From Alphaproteobacteria bacterium (GTDB taxonomy: Bacteria; Pseudomonadota; Alphaproteobacteria; Bin95), in NCBI GenBank assembly GCA_965205265.1, contig CBDBGH010000003.1, positions 2,816,001 through 2,880,000 of the forward strand: DNA of 64,000 nt, given 5' to 3'. Each line of letters starts with the position of its first letter. Within the stretch, counting starts at the first letter, position 1. The notes under the pieces are model-generated. The model did no database searches. It was not told the DNA's origin and saw only the letters and a program-made list of their open reading frames with translations. Shown here one piece after another: positions 27,004-36,695 of the stretch. The position numbers and the translations under genes are program-made.

Positions 27004-27111
27004 CGTCATGCCCGGACTTGTTCCGGGCATCCATGCGGCCGCTCGGCGGAGGCGGTTGAGAGAGATGCCCGGAACAAGTCCGGGCATGACGGAGGGAGCG
27101 TTCGGGCATGA
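27004..27111. repeat. REP doublet with duplicated tail
   Basis: cgtcatgcccggacttgttccgggcatc...gatgcccggaacaagtccgggcatgacggagggagcgttcgggcatgac. Confidence 0.9.
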
Positions 27112-27205
27112 CGAGAGAAGACGCAGCGCAACGACAACCGGGCCTTGCCGGGGGCGGGGCGATGGCGCACCATCGGCTGCGTTCCCGACGCGGATATACC
27201 CTCCC

Positions 27206-28405
27206 ATGGACCTCGACTACCGGCCCGACGCCCCCTGCGCGCTCGAAGGCGTGCGCATTCTCGACATTTCCCGGCTGGTCGCCGGCAATGCGATCTCCCA
27301 TGTGCTCGCCGACCACGGCGCGGAGGTCGTCAAGGTCGAGGACCCGGGCGAGGGCGACGCGCTCCGCCACTGGACCGCCGCCGGCGTCGCCTGCAACTGG
27401 AAGGTGTATGCGCGCAACAAGAAGAGCATCTCGCTGAACCTTCGCAGCGAGAAGGGCCGCGAAGTCCTGCTGGAACTCCTGCCCACGGCGCAGGTGCTGG
27501 TGGAGAACTTCAAGGCCGGCGCGCTGGAGCGGATGGGCCTCGGGCCCGACGTGCTGCTAGCGCGCAACCCGAAGCTGGTCGTCGCGCGGGTCAGCGGCTA
27601 CGGCCAGACAGGCCCCTACGCCCACAAGCCGGGCTTCGGCACGCTGGTTGAGGCGATGTCGGGCTTCGCCTACAAGAACGGCTTTCCCGACAAGCCGCCG
27701 GCCCTGCCGCCGCTCGCGCTCGCCGACAATGTCGCCGGGCTCTACGGCGCGTTCGGCGTCATGGTGGCGCTCCGGGAAGTCGAGCTGAAGGGCGGCGAAG
27801 GCCAGGTGATCGACCTTTCCCTGCTTGAGCCGCTGGTGTCCATCCTGGGCCCGGACGCCGCAATCCACAGCGCGACCGGCGAGGCCCCGGCCCGGCTCGG
27901 CAACGCCTCCAACACCACCTCGCCGCGCAATGCCTACCGGACGAAGGACGGCGAGTGGATCGCCATGAGCGGGTCCATGCAGTCCATGGCGATGCGCATT
28001 TTCCGCACCATCGGCCGCGCCGACATGTGCGACGACCCGCGCTACAACACCCAGGCCGCGCGTTCCGCCAACCGCGAGGAGGTGGACGCCATCGTCGGCG
28101 GTTTCATCGCGGAACGCACGCTGGCGGAAGCGATGGAGGTGTTCGAGCGCGAGGGCGTGACGGCGGGGCCGATCTATTCCGCCGGGCAGTTGAAGGAAGA
28201 CCGCCATGCGAAGGAGCGCGGCGTGATCGTCAACCTGCCGGACGACGAACTCGGCCGGCTGCCGATGCACAATGTCATCCCGCGCCTTTCGGGCACGCCG
28301 GGCGCCATCCGCACGCCCGCGCCCGAAATCGGCGCGCATAACGAGGAAATCCTGGGCGCTCTCGGCCTGGACCTCGACCGGCTCAAGGAGGAGGGCGCAT
28401 TATGA
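27206..28405 (+). CDS. CaiB/BaiF family III CoA-transferase
   Basis: LEGVRILDISRLVAGN, LADHGAEVVKVE, RNKKS, VENFKAG, SGYGQTGPY. Confidence 0.93.
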   Translation: MDLDYRPDAPCALEGVRILDISRLVAGNAISHVLADHGAEVVKVEDPGEGDALRHWTAAGVACNWKVYARNKKSISLNLRSEKGREVLLELLPTAQVLVENFKAGALERMGLGPDVLLARNPKLVVARVSGYGQTGPYAHKPGFGTLVEAMSGFAYKNGFPDKPPALPPLALADNVAGLYGAFGVMVALREVELKGGEGQVIDLSLLEPLVSILGPDAAIHSATGEAPARLGNASNTTSPRNAYRTKDGEWIAMSGSMQSMAMRIFRTIGRADMCDDPRYNTQAARSANREEVDAIVGGFIAERTLAEAMEVFEREGVTAGPIYSAGQLKEDRHAKERGVIVNLPDDELGRLPMHNVIPRLSGTPGAIRTPAPEIGAHNEEILGALGLDLDRLKEEGAL

Positions 28406-29286
28406 GCCTGCCCGTCTGGCGCTCGCTGCTGTTCATCCCGGCGACGGCGCAGAAATTCATCGAGAAGGGCCCCGGCGTCGGGGCCGACGGGCTGATCCTC
28501 GACCTGGAGGACTCGGTCGCGGCCAATGCCAAGGAGGCCGCCCGCGCCGCCGCGCCGGACATCGTGCGCGGCTTCGCCTCGCAGGGCATCGACACGCTGG
28601 TGCGCATCAACCGGCCCTGGCGGCTCGCGGTGCGCGACCTGGAGGCCGTCGTCATCCCGGAGCTCACCGGCCTGCTCTGCCCGATGGTGGACAGCGCCGC
28701 GCATGTGATCGCGCTGAGCCAGACGGTGGCCGAGCTGGAGACCGAGCGCGGCATCCCGGCGGGGCAGGTCAGGCTCTGCATCGCCGTCGAGACGGCGAAG
28801 GGCTATCTCAACCTCCGCGAGATCGCCCATGCCGACCCGCGCAGCGTCTCGCTGTCGCTCGGCTCGGAGGATTTCGGCCTCTCCATGGGCATGACCGCCG
28901 ACGAGGAGACGCTTTACGGCCTGAAGCAGCAGGTGGTCGCCTGCGCCAGGGAGGCCGGCATCCTGCCGATGGGCTTCGTCGGCTCCATCGCCGAGTTCCG
29001 CGACATAGAGGGTTTCCGGCGCATCGTCCGCCGGTCGAAGAAGATGGGCCTCCAGGGCGCGTCCTGCATCCACCCGAACCAGGTGCGGATCTGCAATGAG
29101 GAGTTCGGCCCGACCGGGGCGGAGGTCGATGAGGCCCGGCGCGTGATAGAGGCCTATGACGAGGCGCTGGCGCGCGGCGAGGGCGCCATCACCGTGGACG
29201 GCAAGATGGTGGACGTGCCGGTCGCCGAGCGCGCCAAGGCCGTGCTCCGCATCGCCGACGCAATCGCGGCCCGGCAGGCCCGCTGA
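28402..29286 (+). CDS. CitE/HpcH-type CoA-ester lyase
   Basis: RSLLFIP, LDLEDSV, VRIN, GSEDF, CIHPNQV, GKMVDVP. Confidence 0.92.
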   Translation: MSLPVWRSLLFIPATAQKFIEKGPGVGADGLILDLEDSVAANAKEAARAAAPDIVRGFASQGIDTLVRINRPWRLAVRDLEAVVIPELTGLLCPMVDSAAHVIALSQTVAELETERGIPAGQVRLCIAVETAKGYLNLREIAHADPRSVSLSLGSEDFGLSMGMTADEETLYGLKQQVVACAREAGILPMGFVGSIAEFRDIEGFRRIVRRSKKMGLQGASCIHPNQVRICNEEFGPTGAEVDEARRVIEAYDEALARGEGAITVDGKMVDVPVAERAKAVLRIADAIAARQAR

Positions 29287-29298
29287 CGGTTCCCCCGT

Positions 29299-30627
29299 TC
29301 AGACTCCTGCCGCGAAGAGGGCGAGGCCGGCGAGCGCGGCCATGGCAAGGGTGCGGAATGCGCCCTGACGCAGCATGAAGAGCGCGGCGGCGGCGAGCGC
29401 GGCGAGCGCGAGCGCCTTCAGGTCGAGGCTCGCCGGGTCCGGCAGATAGACCGAGACCGGGCCCGCCTCGGCCCGCGCGCCTGCCGCGAACAGCACGTTG
29501 AGCGCGAACCAGGCCGAGAGGTTGGCGATCACGCCCACAACGGCGGCCGTCACGCCCGCCAGCGCAGCCTGCAGGCCGGGCCGGCCCCTGAGGCGCTCGA
29601 CATGCGGGGCGCCGGCGAAGATGAACAGGAAGCAGGGCGCGAATGTGACCCAGAGCGTCAGCCCTGCGCCCAGCAGCCCCGCAACCAGCGGGTCGAGCCC
29701 GCCGGCCTCGCGCCATGCCGCGAGGAAGCCGACGAATTCCACCACCAGGATGAGCGGCCCCGGCGTCGTCTCCGCGAGCCCGAGCGCATCCAGCATCTCG
29801 CCGGGCGCCAGCCAGCCCCTTGCGGCCACGGCCTCCTGCGCCACCCAGGAGAGCACCGCATAGGCCCCGCCGAAGGTCAGCACCGCCATCTTGGAGAAGA
29901 AGACGGCGATGCCGGAGAACACATGCCCGCCGCCGAGCCAGGCCAGCAGGACCGCCGTCGGCAGCAGCCAGGCCGCGAGCAGGACGAGCGCCACCCTGCC
30001 GGTTCCGGACCGCCTGCCGGCTGGGCCGGGGGGACCGGCCGGCGCCTCCGCCGCCCCAGTCCCGCTTCCGCCGCCGAAGAACGCCCGCGCGCCGCCCAGC
30101 AGCGCCGCCGCGGCGATGACGGCCGGGAAGGGCGCATCGAACAGGAAGAGCGCCGCGAACGCTCCGCAGGCGAGCGCCCAGGCGAAGCCGTCCTTCAGCG
30201 CCCGCGCGCCGATCCTGAGCAGCGCCTCGACGACCAGCGCCAGCACCGCCGCCTTCACGCCGAGAAAGGCCGCCTCGACCGCCGGCAGCCGGCCGTAAAG
30301 CGCATAGACGGCGGCGAGCGCGGCGATGACGACCGCGCCGGGCAGGATGAACAGCAGCCCCGCCGCCAGGCCCCCGCGCATGCCGTGCAGCAGCCAGCCG
30401 GTATAGGTGGCGAGCTGCTGCGCTTCGGGGCCCGGCAGCAGCATGCAGAAATTGAGCGCATGCAGGAAACGCGGCTCGTCGAGCCAGCGCTTCTCCTCCA
30501 CCGCGACGCGGTGCATGAGGGCGATCTGCGCCGCCGGCCCGCCGAAACTGGCGAACCCGATCCGCGTCCAGGCGGCCAGCGCCTCCCGGAACGGAACCGG
30601 CGCGTCCGGCGGCGTCTCCGCGCTCAG
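29299..30627 (-). CDS. chrA: Chromate efflux transporter (long-chain CHR), probable CTG start
   Basis: LPGPEAQQ, TFGGAYAVL, ETTPGPL motifs; the conserved IGFASFGGPAAQIA lies upstream of the first ATG (30516); CTG overlaps the upstream TGA. Confidence 0.88.
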   Translation of the reverse strand: MSAETPPDAPVPFREALAAWTRIGFASFGGPAAQIALMHRVAVEEKRWLDEPRFLHALNFCMLLPGPEAQQLATYTGWLLHGMRGGLAAGLLFILPGAVVIAALAAVYALYGRLPAVEAAFLGVKAAVLALVVEALLRIGARALKDGFAWALACGAFAALFLFDAPFPAVIAAAALLGGARAFFGGGSGTGAAEAPAGPPGPAGRRSGTGRVALVLLAAWLLPTAVLLAWLGGGHVFSGIAVFFSKMAVLTFGGAYAVLSWVAQEAVAARGWLAPGEMLDALGLAETTPGPLILVVEFVGFLAAWREAGGLDPLVAGLLGAGLTLWVTFAPCFLFIFAGAPHVERLRGRPGLQAALAGVTAAVVGVIANLSAWFALNVLFAAGARAEAGPVSVYLPDPASLDLKALALAALAAAALFMLRQGAFRTLAMAALAGLALFAAGV

Positions 30628-31376
30628 CCGTCCCAGACCTGTTCGGGAAGCGGCAGGCCGCGGAAGTCCTGGGCCCCGAGCGGGCCGTCCGTCTCGATGC
30701 CGAGCATCTCGTGGATCAGCATCAGCTGGCGGACATGCTGGGCCGGATGCCAGGTGGTGCGCTCGAACACCTCATGCAGCGGTTGCGCGCCGTAATAGGT
30801 GTCCACCGGGTCCGGCTTGCGTCCCGACTCCCACCAGCGGGCGACCCGCGCGCGCACATCTTCGCCATAAGCCACGATGTCCGCCACGGTCTGCATGTCG
30901 TCCGGCGGCGGCGCGGTCAGCGCCTCGTAGTTCACCGGTTCGCCGCGCTCCATCGCCGAGATCGTCGCGTCGGCGATGTTGAAGATGTGGTGGAACAGCA
31001 CCCGGTAGGCGCGGTCGCGGCCGGGCAGCTTGTCGCCGAGCCGGTCGTCCGGCACCTGGGCCACATAGCGCGCGGCGGCCGCCAGCACCATGTCGAGCTT
31101 CGCCGCCAGCTCCGGCATGGTGAGCTCCGGCCCCACATCCTCGTCGAGGCCGAGAAACGCCACCACGTCCGAGATCGCCTGCGCGAAGACGAAATCCCTG
31201 CCGCGCGAGACGACGGGGATCGACCGAGCGCCGAGCTCGCGCAACAGGTCCATGCCCGTCGGATGGGTCGTCACGTCGATACTGTCGAACTCGATCCCAC
31301 GGACCGAGAGGAACTCCTTGGTTCTCAGGCAGCTGGTTCAGCCGGGCCGCCAGAAAACCCTGATCGCCTCGCTCAT
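30624..31376 (-). CDS. Probable selenoprotein: glutaredoxin/NrdH-like UxxC domain fused to a DinB/YfiT-like domain (250 aa)
   Basis: MSEAIRVFWRPG-TGA-TSCLRTKEFLSVRGIEFDSIDV is in frame with track ORF 30624..31274; GGAGG RBS; SIPVV cis-Pro motif; LFHHIF and WHPAQH metal-His motifs. Confidence 0.82.
31304..31329 (-). promoter_or_regulatory. Candidate bacterial SECIS hairpin
   Basis: mRNA CCUGAGAAC-CAAGGA-GUUCCUCUCGG starting 9 nt after the UGA; G-containing loop about 18 nt downstream of the codon. Confidence 0.6.
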
Positions 31377-31514
31377 GCGCACGCCTCCCCTGCCCTCGGA
31401 TGACGCATCATAGGCCCATCGCCCGCTTCGGGCCACGGTTTCGACAAGCCGATTGCGGCCCGTGCCGCTCTGTCCTAACCTCGCCTTCGGAGCGGAGAGG
31501 GGGTTCCCAGCGCG

Positions 31515-32075
31515 ATGTCCTTCCCGGCGATGCTCGAAGCGCTCGAGACCGGGCTCAAATGGGTGAACGACCATGTGATGGTGGGCCTCAAATGGCTCGC
31601 CATCGTCCTGCTCGCCCTCATGCTCATCATCGTCGATATCGCCGTGTTCATGCGCTACGTGATGAATGACGCGCTGGCCTGGTCGGAAGAGATCGCCAAG
31701 TTCGTCATGGTGTGGCTCACCTTCTTCGTGGCGCCCATCGGCCTGCGCATGGGCGCGCATGTCGGCATCGAGGTGCTGCTCGGCCAGCTGCGGGGCCGGG
31801 TCCGCCAGTTCCTCATCATGATGATCTTCGCCGGCATCATCGCGCTCATGATCGTGTTCATAAAGGAAGGGGCGTTCATGACCTGGAACGCCCGCATCCA
31901 GCGCGCCTCCACGATCGATATCTCGATCTTCTATGTCTATATCTGCATGCCGGTCGGCAGCTTCGCCGTCGCGATGGTGGCGCTGGAATACATGGTCAAC
32001 GCGCTCCGGGGCGTCATAGACCCCGCCAATGCGCGGCCGACGCTCACGCAGCAGGACGCGGCCAGAGCGGAATAG
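31515..32075 (+). CDS. dctQ: TRAP transporter small permease
   Basis: VFMRYV...WSEEIAKFVMVW...GAHVGIE; four TMs. Confidence 0.92.
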   Translation: MSFPAMLEALETGLKWVNDHVMVGLKWLAIVLLALMLIIVDIAVFMRYVMNDALAWSEEIAKFVMVWLTFFVAPIGLRMGAHVGIEVLLGQLRGRVRQFLIMMIFAGIIALMIVFIKEGAFMTWNARIQRASTIDISIFYVYICMPVGSFAVAMVALEYMVNALRGVIDPANARPTLTQQDAARAE

Positions 32076-32096
32076 CGGGGGCAGCAAGCGGAACCC

Positions 32097-33407
32097 ATGG
32101 GCGTCACCTTCTTCTGGATATTCCTCGCTGCGATGTTCATCGGCATGCCGATCGTCTTCGCGCTCGGCTTCGCGCCGATGGTCGGCTTCCTGCTGGCGGA
32201 GAAGCCGATCTTCCTGAAGATGCTCTTCCAGCGCACCTTCGCGGGCATCCACCAGTTCCCGCTCTTGGCGATCCCGTTCTTCATCCTGACGGGCGAGGTG
32301 ATGAACCGGGCCGGCATCACGATGAGCCTGGTCAATTTCGCCAACACGCTGGTCGGCCATCTGCGCGGCGGCCTCGCGCATGTGAACATCGTCACCAGCA
32401 TGCTGTTCGCCGGCATCAGCGGCTCCGCCGTCGCCGACACCTCGGCGGTCGGCTCGATCCTGATCCCGGCGATGGAGAAGGACGGCTACAGCCGCAAATT
32501 CGCCGCCGCGATCACGGCCGCCTCCTCGGTGATCGGCCCGATCATCCCGCCGAGCCTCATCATGGTGGTCTATGCCTTCATCATGAATGTCTCGGTCGCC
32601 GGGCTGTTCGCCGCCGGGCTCATTCCGGGGTTGATGGTTGGCTTCATGCTGATGACGGTGACGGGCATCATCTCCAAGCGGCGCAACTACCCGAAGGCGC
32701 ACAGCCGCGCGACCGTCAGGGAAGTCGGCTCCGCGGCCTGGGGCGCGGTGCTGCCGCTGATGACGCCGGTCATCATCCTGGGCGGCATCCTCGGCGGCAT
32801 CTTCACGCCCACCGAATCGGCGGCGGCGGCGGCCTTCTACGCGCTGTTCATCAGCCTGATCGTGCTGCGCACCCTGAAGTTCCGCGACCTGCCGGACCTG
32901 TTCCTCCACGCGGCCGTCACTTCGGGGGCGATCCTGCTGATCATCGGCACGGCGACGGCCTTCGCCGCCATCGCCAGCCTCTCGCAGGTGCCGGTCCACC
33001 TCTCCAACTTCTTCTTCAGCATTACCAGCGACCCGCTGTTGCTGCTGTTCTTCATCAATGTGCTGCTGCTCATCGTCGGCATGTTCCTGGACGCCGGCCC
33101 GGCGATTCTGATCCTCGGCCCGATCCTGGCGCCGACCATGACGGGCCTCGGCGTCGATCCGCTCCATTTCGCCGTCATCATGTGCATCAACCTCACCATC
33201 GGCCTCGCGACGCCGCCCATGGGGCTCATCCTGTTCGTCGCCTCGGGGATATCGCGATTGCGCGTCGAGGTGATCGCGCTCGAAATGCTGCCGCTCCTGG
33301 CCGTGGAAATCCTGGCGATCTTCGTCGTCACCTATTTCCCGGTCATCTCCATGTCGCTGCCCTACTGGCTCGGCTTCACCAGAAACGCGCCGGGCTTCTT
33401 CGTGTGA
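32097..33407 (+). CDS. dctM: TRAP transporter large permease
   Basis: LLAIPFFILTG, FAGISGSAVAD, IIPPS, FTPTES, TPPMG. Confidence 0.95.
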   Translation: MGVTFFWIFLAAMFIGMPIVFALGFAPMVGFLLAEKPIFLKMLFQRTFAGIHQFPLLAIPFFILTGEVMNRAGITMSLVNFANTLVGHLRGGLAHVNIVTSMLFAGISGSAVADTSAVGSILIPAMEKDGYSRKFAAAITAASSVIGPIIPPSLIMVVYAFIMNVSVAGLFAAGLIPGLMVGFMLMTVTGIISKRRNYPKAHSRATVREVGSAAWGAVLPLMTPVIILGGILGGIFTPTESAAAAAFYALFISLIVLRTLKFRDLPDLFLHAAVTSGAILLIIGTATAFAAIASLSQVPVHLSNFFFSITSDPLLLLFFINVLLLIVGMFLDAGPAILILGPILAPTMTGLGVDPLHFAVIMCINLTIGLATPPMGLILFVASGISRLRVEVIALEMLPLLAVEILAIFVVTYFPVISMSLPYWLGFTRNAPGFFV

Positions 33408-33499
33408 CGCGGCAAATGGAGGACATCCGGCCCGAAGGCATTCGGCCGGAACACCGCCGCAATCCCGCGGCCGTTACTGCTTCCGAAGGGAGGAGGAAG

Positions 33500-34555
33500 A
33501 TGAAGAAACATCTGGAACTGTTAGGCTCGGTCGGCGTCGGCCTCGCCGTCGCGCTCGGCGGCGCCGGCGCGGCGGGCGCGGCGGACACGACCATCAAGAT
33601 CTGCCATATCGGCTCGACCGACGACGAGGACCACAAGGGCTCGCTCGTCTTCGAGAATTTCGTCGAGTCCCAGACCAACGGCGCGGTCGAGGTCGAGATC
33701 TATCCCGCCGGCCAGCTCTGCGGCAATTTCCGCCAGTGTCTGGAATCGGTCCAGCTCGGCACCTGCGAGATCACGGGAACGACCGTCGGCGGCATCGCCA
33801 ACATCTTCCCGGAAATCCAGGTCACCGACCTGCCCTACATCTTCCCGAACGACCGCGTCGCCGAGAAGGTGATGAAGAGCCCGTTCATGGACGAGGTTCG
33901 CAAGGCTGTGCTGGAGAAGACCGGCACGCTGCGCCTCATGGGCCTCAACAATACGGGCGGCTGGCGCGACTTCTTCACCATCGACGTCACCATCAGGACG
34001 CCGGCCGACCTCGCGGGCGTGAAGATGCGCACCATCGAGTCGCCGCTGCAGGTCGAGATGGTCAATCTGATGGGCGGCAATCCGACGCCGATTCCGTGGC
34101 AGGAGCTCTACACCTCGCTCGCCACCGGCGTCGTGATCGGCACCAAGAACGGCATCACCGACATCGTGAACATGAAGTTCCACGAGTTCCTGAACCGTGT
34201 GACGCTCGACCACCACGCCTACATGTTCCTGTTCTGGTGGATGAACGACGACTTCCTGCAGGGCCTCTCGCCCGAGCTGAAGCGGATCGTCGCCGCCGGC
34301 TTTCACCACATGACCTCGATGGCCTCGGACGACCCGAAGTTCACGGCGCTCGCCGGCTATGCGGCCTTCAAGGAGCGCGGCGGCCAGGTCTATGTGCCGA
34401 CGCCGGAGGAGAAGGCGCAGTTCGTCGAGTCGGTCCAGCCGCTGAAGCAATGGTATGTGGAGCGCTTCGGCGACAAGTGGCTGAAGCTGCTTGAGGAATC
34501 CATCGCCCAGGCGGAGAAGGAAATCGAGGAAGAGGACGCAAGGCTGCTCAACTAG
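33500..34555 (+). CDS. dctP: TRAP transporter solute-binding protein
   Basis: Signal peptide; EIYPAGQL, DLPYIF, DLAGVKMRT, ELYTSLATGVV; GGAGGAGG RBS. Confidence 0.93.
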   Translation: MKKHLELLGSVGVGLAVALGGAGAAGAADTTIKICHIGSTDDEDHKGSLVFENFVESQTNGAVEVEIYPAGQLCGNFRQCLESVQLGTCEITGTTVGGIANIFPEIQVTDLPYIFPNDRVAEKVMKSPFMDEVRKAVLEKTGTLRLMGLNNTGGWRDFFTIDVTIRTPADLAGVKMRTIESPLQVEMVNLMGGNPTPIPWQELYTSLATGVVIGTKNGITDIVNMKFHEFLNRVTLDHHAYMFLFWWMNDDFLQGLSPELKRIVAAGFHHMTSMASDDPKFTALAGYAAFKERGGQVYVPTPEEKAQFVESVQPLKQWYVERFGDKWLKLLEESIAQAEKEIEEEDARLLN

Positions 34556-34577
34556 ACAGCCCCTCTTCCGCCGACCT

Positions 34578-34614
34578 GCCCGCGGCCGGCCCCGCCCGGC
34601 CGCGGGCTTCCTTT
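34578..34614. terminator. GC-rich hairpin between convergent dctP and rbsK
   Basis: gcccgcggccgg-N6-ccggccgcgggc followed by ttccttt. Confidence 0.6.
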
Positions 34615-35536
34615 ATGCGCCGGCCAGCAGCGCCTCCACTTCGGCGCGGTCGGGCATGGAACTCGCCGTGCCTGCGCGCGTGACGGAGATGCCGGCGGCG
34701 GCGCAGCCGAAGTGGACGGCCGCGACCGGGTCCCGGCCCTCCGCCAGCGCGGTGGCGAAGGCGCCGTTGAAGGCGTCGCCCGCGCCGGTCGTCTCCACCA
34801 CCGGCCCGGCATCGAAGGCGGGCACAAGCATCGCGCCCTCCGGGCCGTCGTAAAGCGCGCCGCGCGGGCCGAGCGTGATGACGGCCGCGCCGGCGCCGCG
34901 CTCCCGCAGCGCGGCCGCCGCCCGGCGCGCGCCCGCCTCGTCCTCTACGCACACGCCGGTGAGCGCCTCGGCTTCGGCCTCGTTCGGCGTCACATAGTCC
35001 GAGAGCCGGAGCATGTCGCCGGGCGCATCCGCCGCCGGCGCGGGATTGAGCACCGTCACCACGCCCGCCTCCCGCGCGATGGCGAGCGCGCGGGCCGCCG
35101 CCGGCAGGGGCTGCTCGAATTGCGTCACGAACACCGACGCGGAACGGATGGCGTCGGCCGCCGCATCGACATCCGCCTCGGAAATCTCGTTCGCAGCGCC
35201 CGTGCAGACGACGATGGCGTTCTCGCCCCAGGCTGCTTCCACCAGCACCGCCGCCGCGCCCGTCGCCGCCGTGTCGGAGCGCGCGACAAGCGGCTCGACG
35301 CCCGCCTCGGCCCAGGCCGCGAGCCCCATATCGGCGAAGGAATCGCGGCCGATCCGGGAAATGAACTGCACTTCCGCGCCGAGCCGGGCGGCCGCCACCG
35401 CCTGGTTCGAGCCCTTGCCGCCGGGGCTGAGCGCCACGCTCTCGCCGATGACGGTCTCGCCCATCCGGGGCAGGCGCGGTGTCCGGAAGGTCGCATCGAC
35501 GACGAAGATGCCGAGAATTGCGATACGCGCGGTCAT
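34613..35536 (-). CDS. rbsK: Ribokinase (PfkB family)
   Basis: PGGKGSNQAVAAARLGA, LNPAPA, PNEAEA, TTGAGDAFNGAF. Confidence 0.9.
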   Translation of the reverse strand: MTARIAILGIFVVDATFRTPRLPRMGETVIGESVALSPGGKGSNQAVAAARLGAEVQFISRIGRDSFADMGLAAWAEAGVEPLVARSDTAATGAAAVLVEAAWGENAIVVCTGAANEISEADVDAAADAIRSASVFVTQFEQPLPAAARALAIAREAGVVTVLNPAPAADAPGDMLRLSDYVTPNEAEAEALTGVCVEDEAGARRAAAALRERGAGAAVITLGPRGALYDGPEGAMLVPAFDAGPVVETTGAGDAFNGAFATALAEGRDPVAAVHFGCAAAGISVTRAGTASSMPDRAEVEALLAGA

Positions 35537-35720
35537 GGAAACGCGCTCAGGCCCCGGTCGGCAGCGAAAGCGGCGCGGCAGCCGCCGGCGGTTTTGCGCT
35601 CATTGACATGGACCGGGCCTCCGGGCTGTATTCGCCGCCAACCTAGCGGCTCGGGACGTCGGCGAGAACCGCCCCGGCCCTTCGCATACCGAAATGACGG
35701 AAACACGGGAGAGACGAGGC

Positions 35721-36689
35721 ATGGCCTATCGCGTAATGCTGCAAATGCCCTACACGGCGGGGCTCAAATCGGTGCTCGAGGGGCGCGACGATATCGCGGT
35801 CGAGCGCTTCACCGAGCTCTCCGAGGACAACATCCTGCAGCATATCGCCAATTACGACGCGGCGATCCTGGGCGTGGCGCCCTTCACCCGCCGGATCGTC
35901 GGCAATGCCGAACGGCTGAAGATCGTCGCCCGCCACGGCGTCGGCTACGACGCGGTGGATGTGCCGGCGCTGACCGAGGCGGGTGTGCCGCTCGCCGTCG
36001 TCGGCACGGCCAACTCGATCACCGTCGCCGAGCACTCCCTGTTCTTCATGCTGGCGCTCGCCAAGCGCGCCCTCCTCTACGACCGCGAGCTGCGCAAGGG
36101 CAATTGGGACATCCGCTTCGAGACGCCGGCCTACGACATTGCCGGGCGCACGGTGCTGATCCTGGGCTTCGGGCGCATCGGCCGCCGGCTGGTGCCGCGC
36201 TGCGCCGCCATGGGCATGAATGTGCTGGTCCACGACCCCTATGTGATCCAGGACGCGATTACGACCGCAGGCGCGACGCCGGTGGAGGACTGGCGGGCCA
36301 TGCTGCCGGAGATTGACTTCCTGTCCGTCAACTGCCCGAAGAACGAGGAAACGGACGGCATGGTGGGCGCGGCCGAACTCGCCGCCATGAAACCGACCGC
36401 CTTCGTCGTGAACACGGCGCGCGGCAATATCGTCGAGGAGAAGGCGCTTTACGACGCGCTCAAGAACCGGGCGATCGCGGGCGCCGGCATCGACCCGTTC
36501 GTCGTCGAACCGGCGACGGCGGACGAGCCGCTGTTCGAGCTCGACAACATCATCGTCTCGCCCCATTCGGCGGGCGTGAGCGAGGAGTCCATGTTCCGCA
36601 TGGGCGCGGCCGCCGCGCAGAATGTCGTCGATTGCTTCGAAGGCAGGCTCGACCCGGACAACGTCATCAACCGGGAAGTCCTGGGCTAA
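35721..36689 (+). CDS. D-2-hydroxyacid dehydrogenase (SerA-like, no ACT domain)
   Basis: RHGVGYDAVD, VAEH, GFGRIG, NTARG, SPHSAG. Confidence 0.92.
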   Translation: MAYRVMLQMPYTAGLKSVLEGRDDIAVERFTELSEDNILQHIANYDAAILGVAPFTRRIVGNAERLKIVARHGVGYDAVDVPALTEAGVPLAVVGTANSITVAEHSLFFMLALAKRALLYDRELRKGNWDIRFETPAYDIAGRTVLILGFGRIGRRLVPRCAAMGMNVLVHDPYVIQDAITTAGATPVEDWRAMLPEIDFLSVNCPKNEETDGMVGAAELAAMKPTAFVVNTARGNIVEEKALYDALKNRAIAGAGIDPFVVEPATADEPLFELDNIIVSPHSAGVSEESMFRMGAAAAQNVVDCFEGRLDPDNVINREVLG

Positions 36690-36695
36690 CCGGCT

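Noticed and set aside
334-27111. Dispersed palindromic repeats as a CRISPR array
   Set aside because: They are inverted doublets scattered in intergenic regions, with no regular repeat-spacer periodicity and no cas genes.
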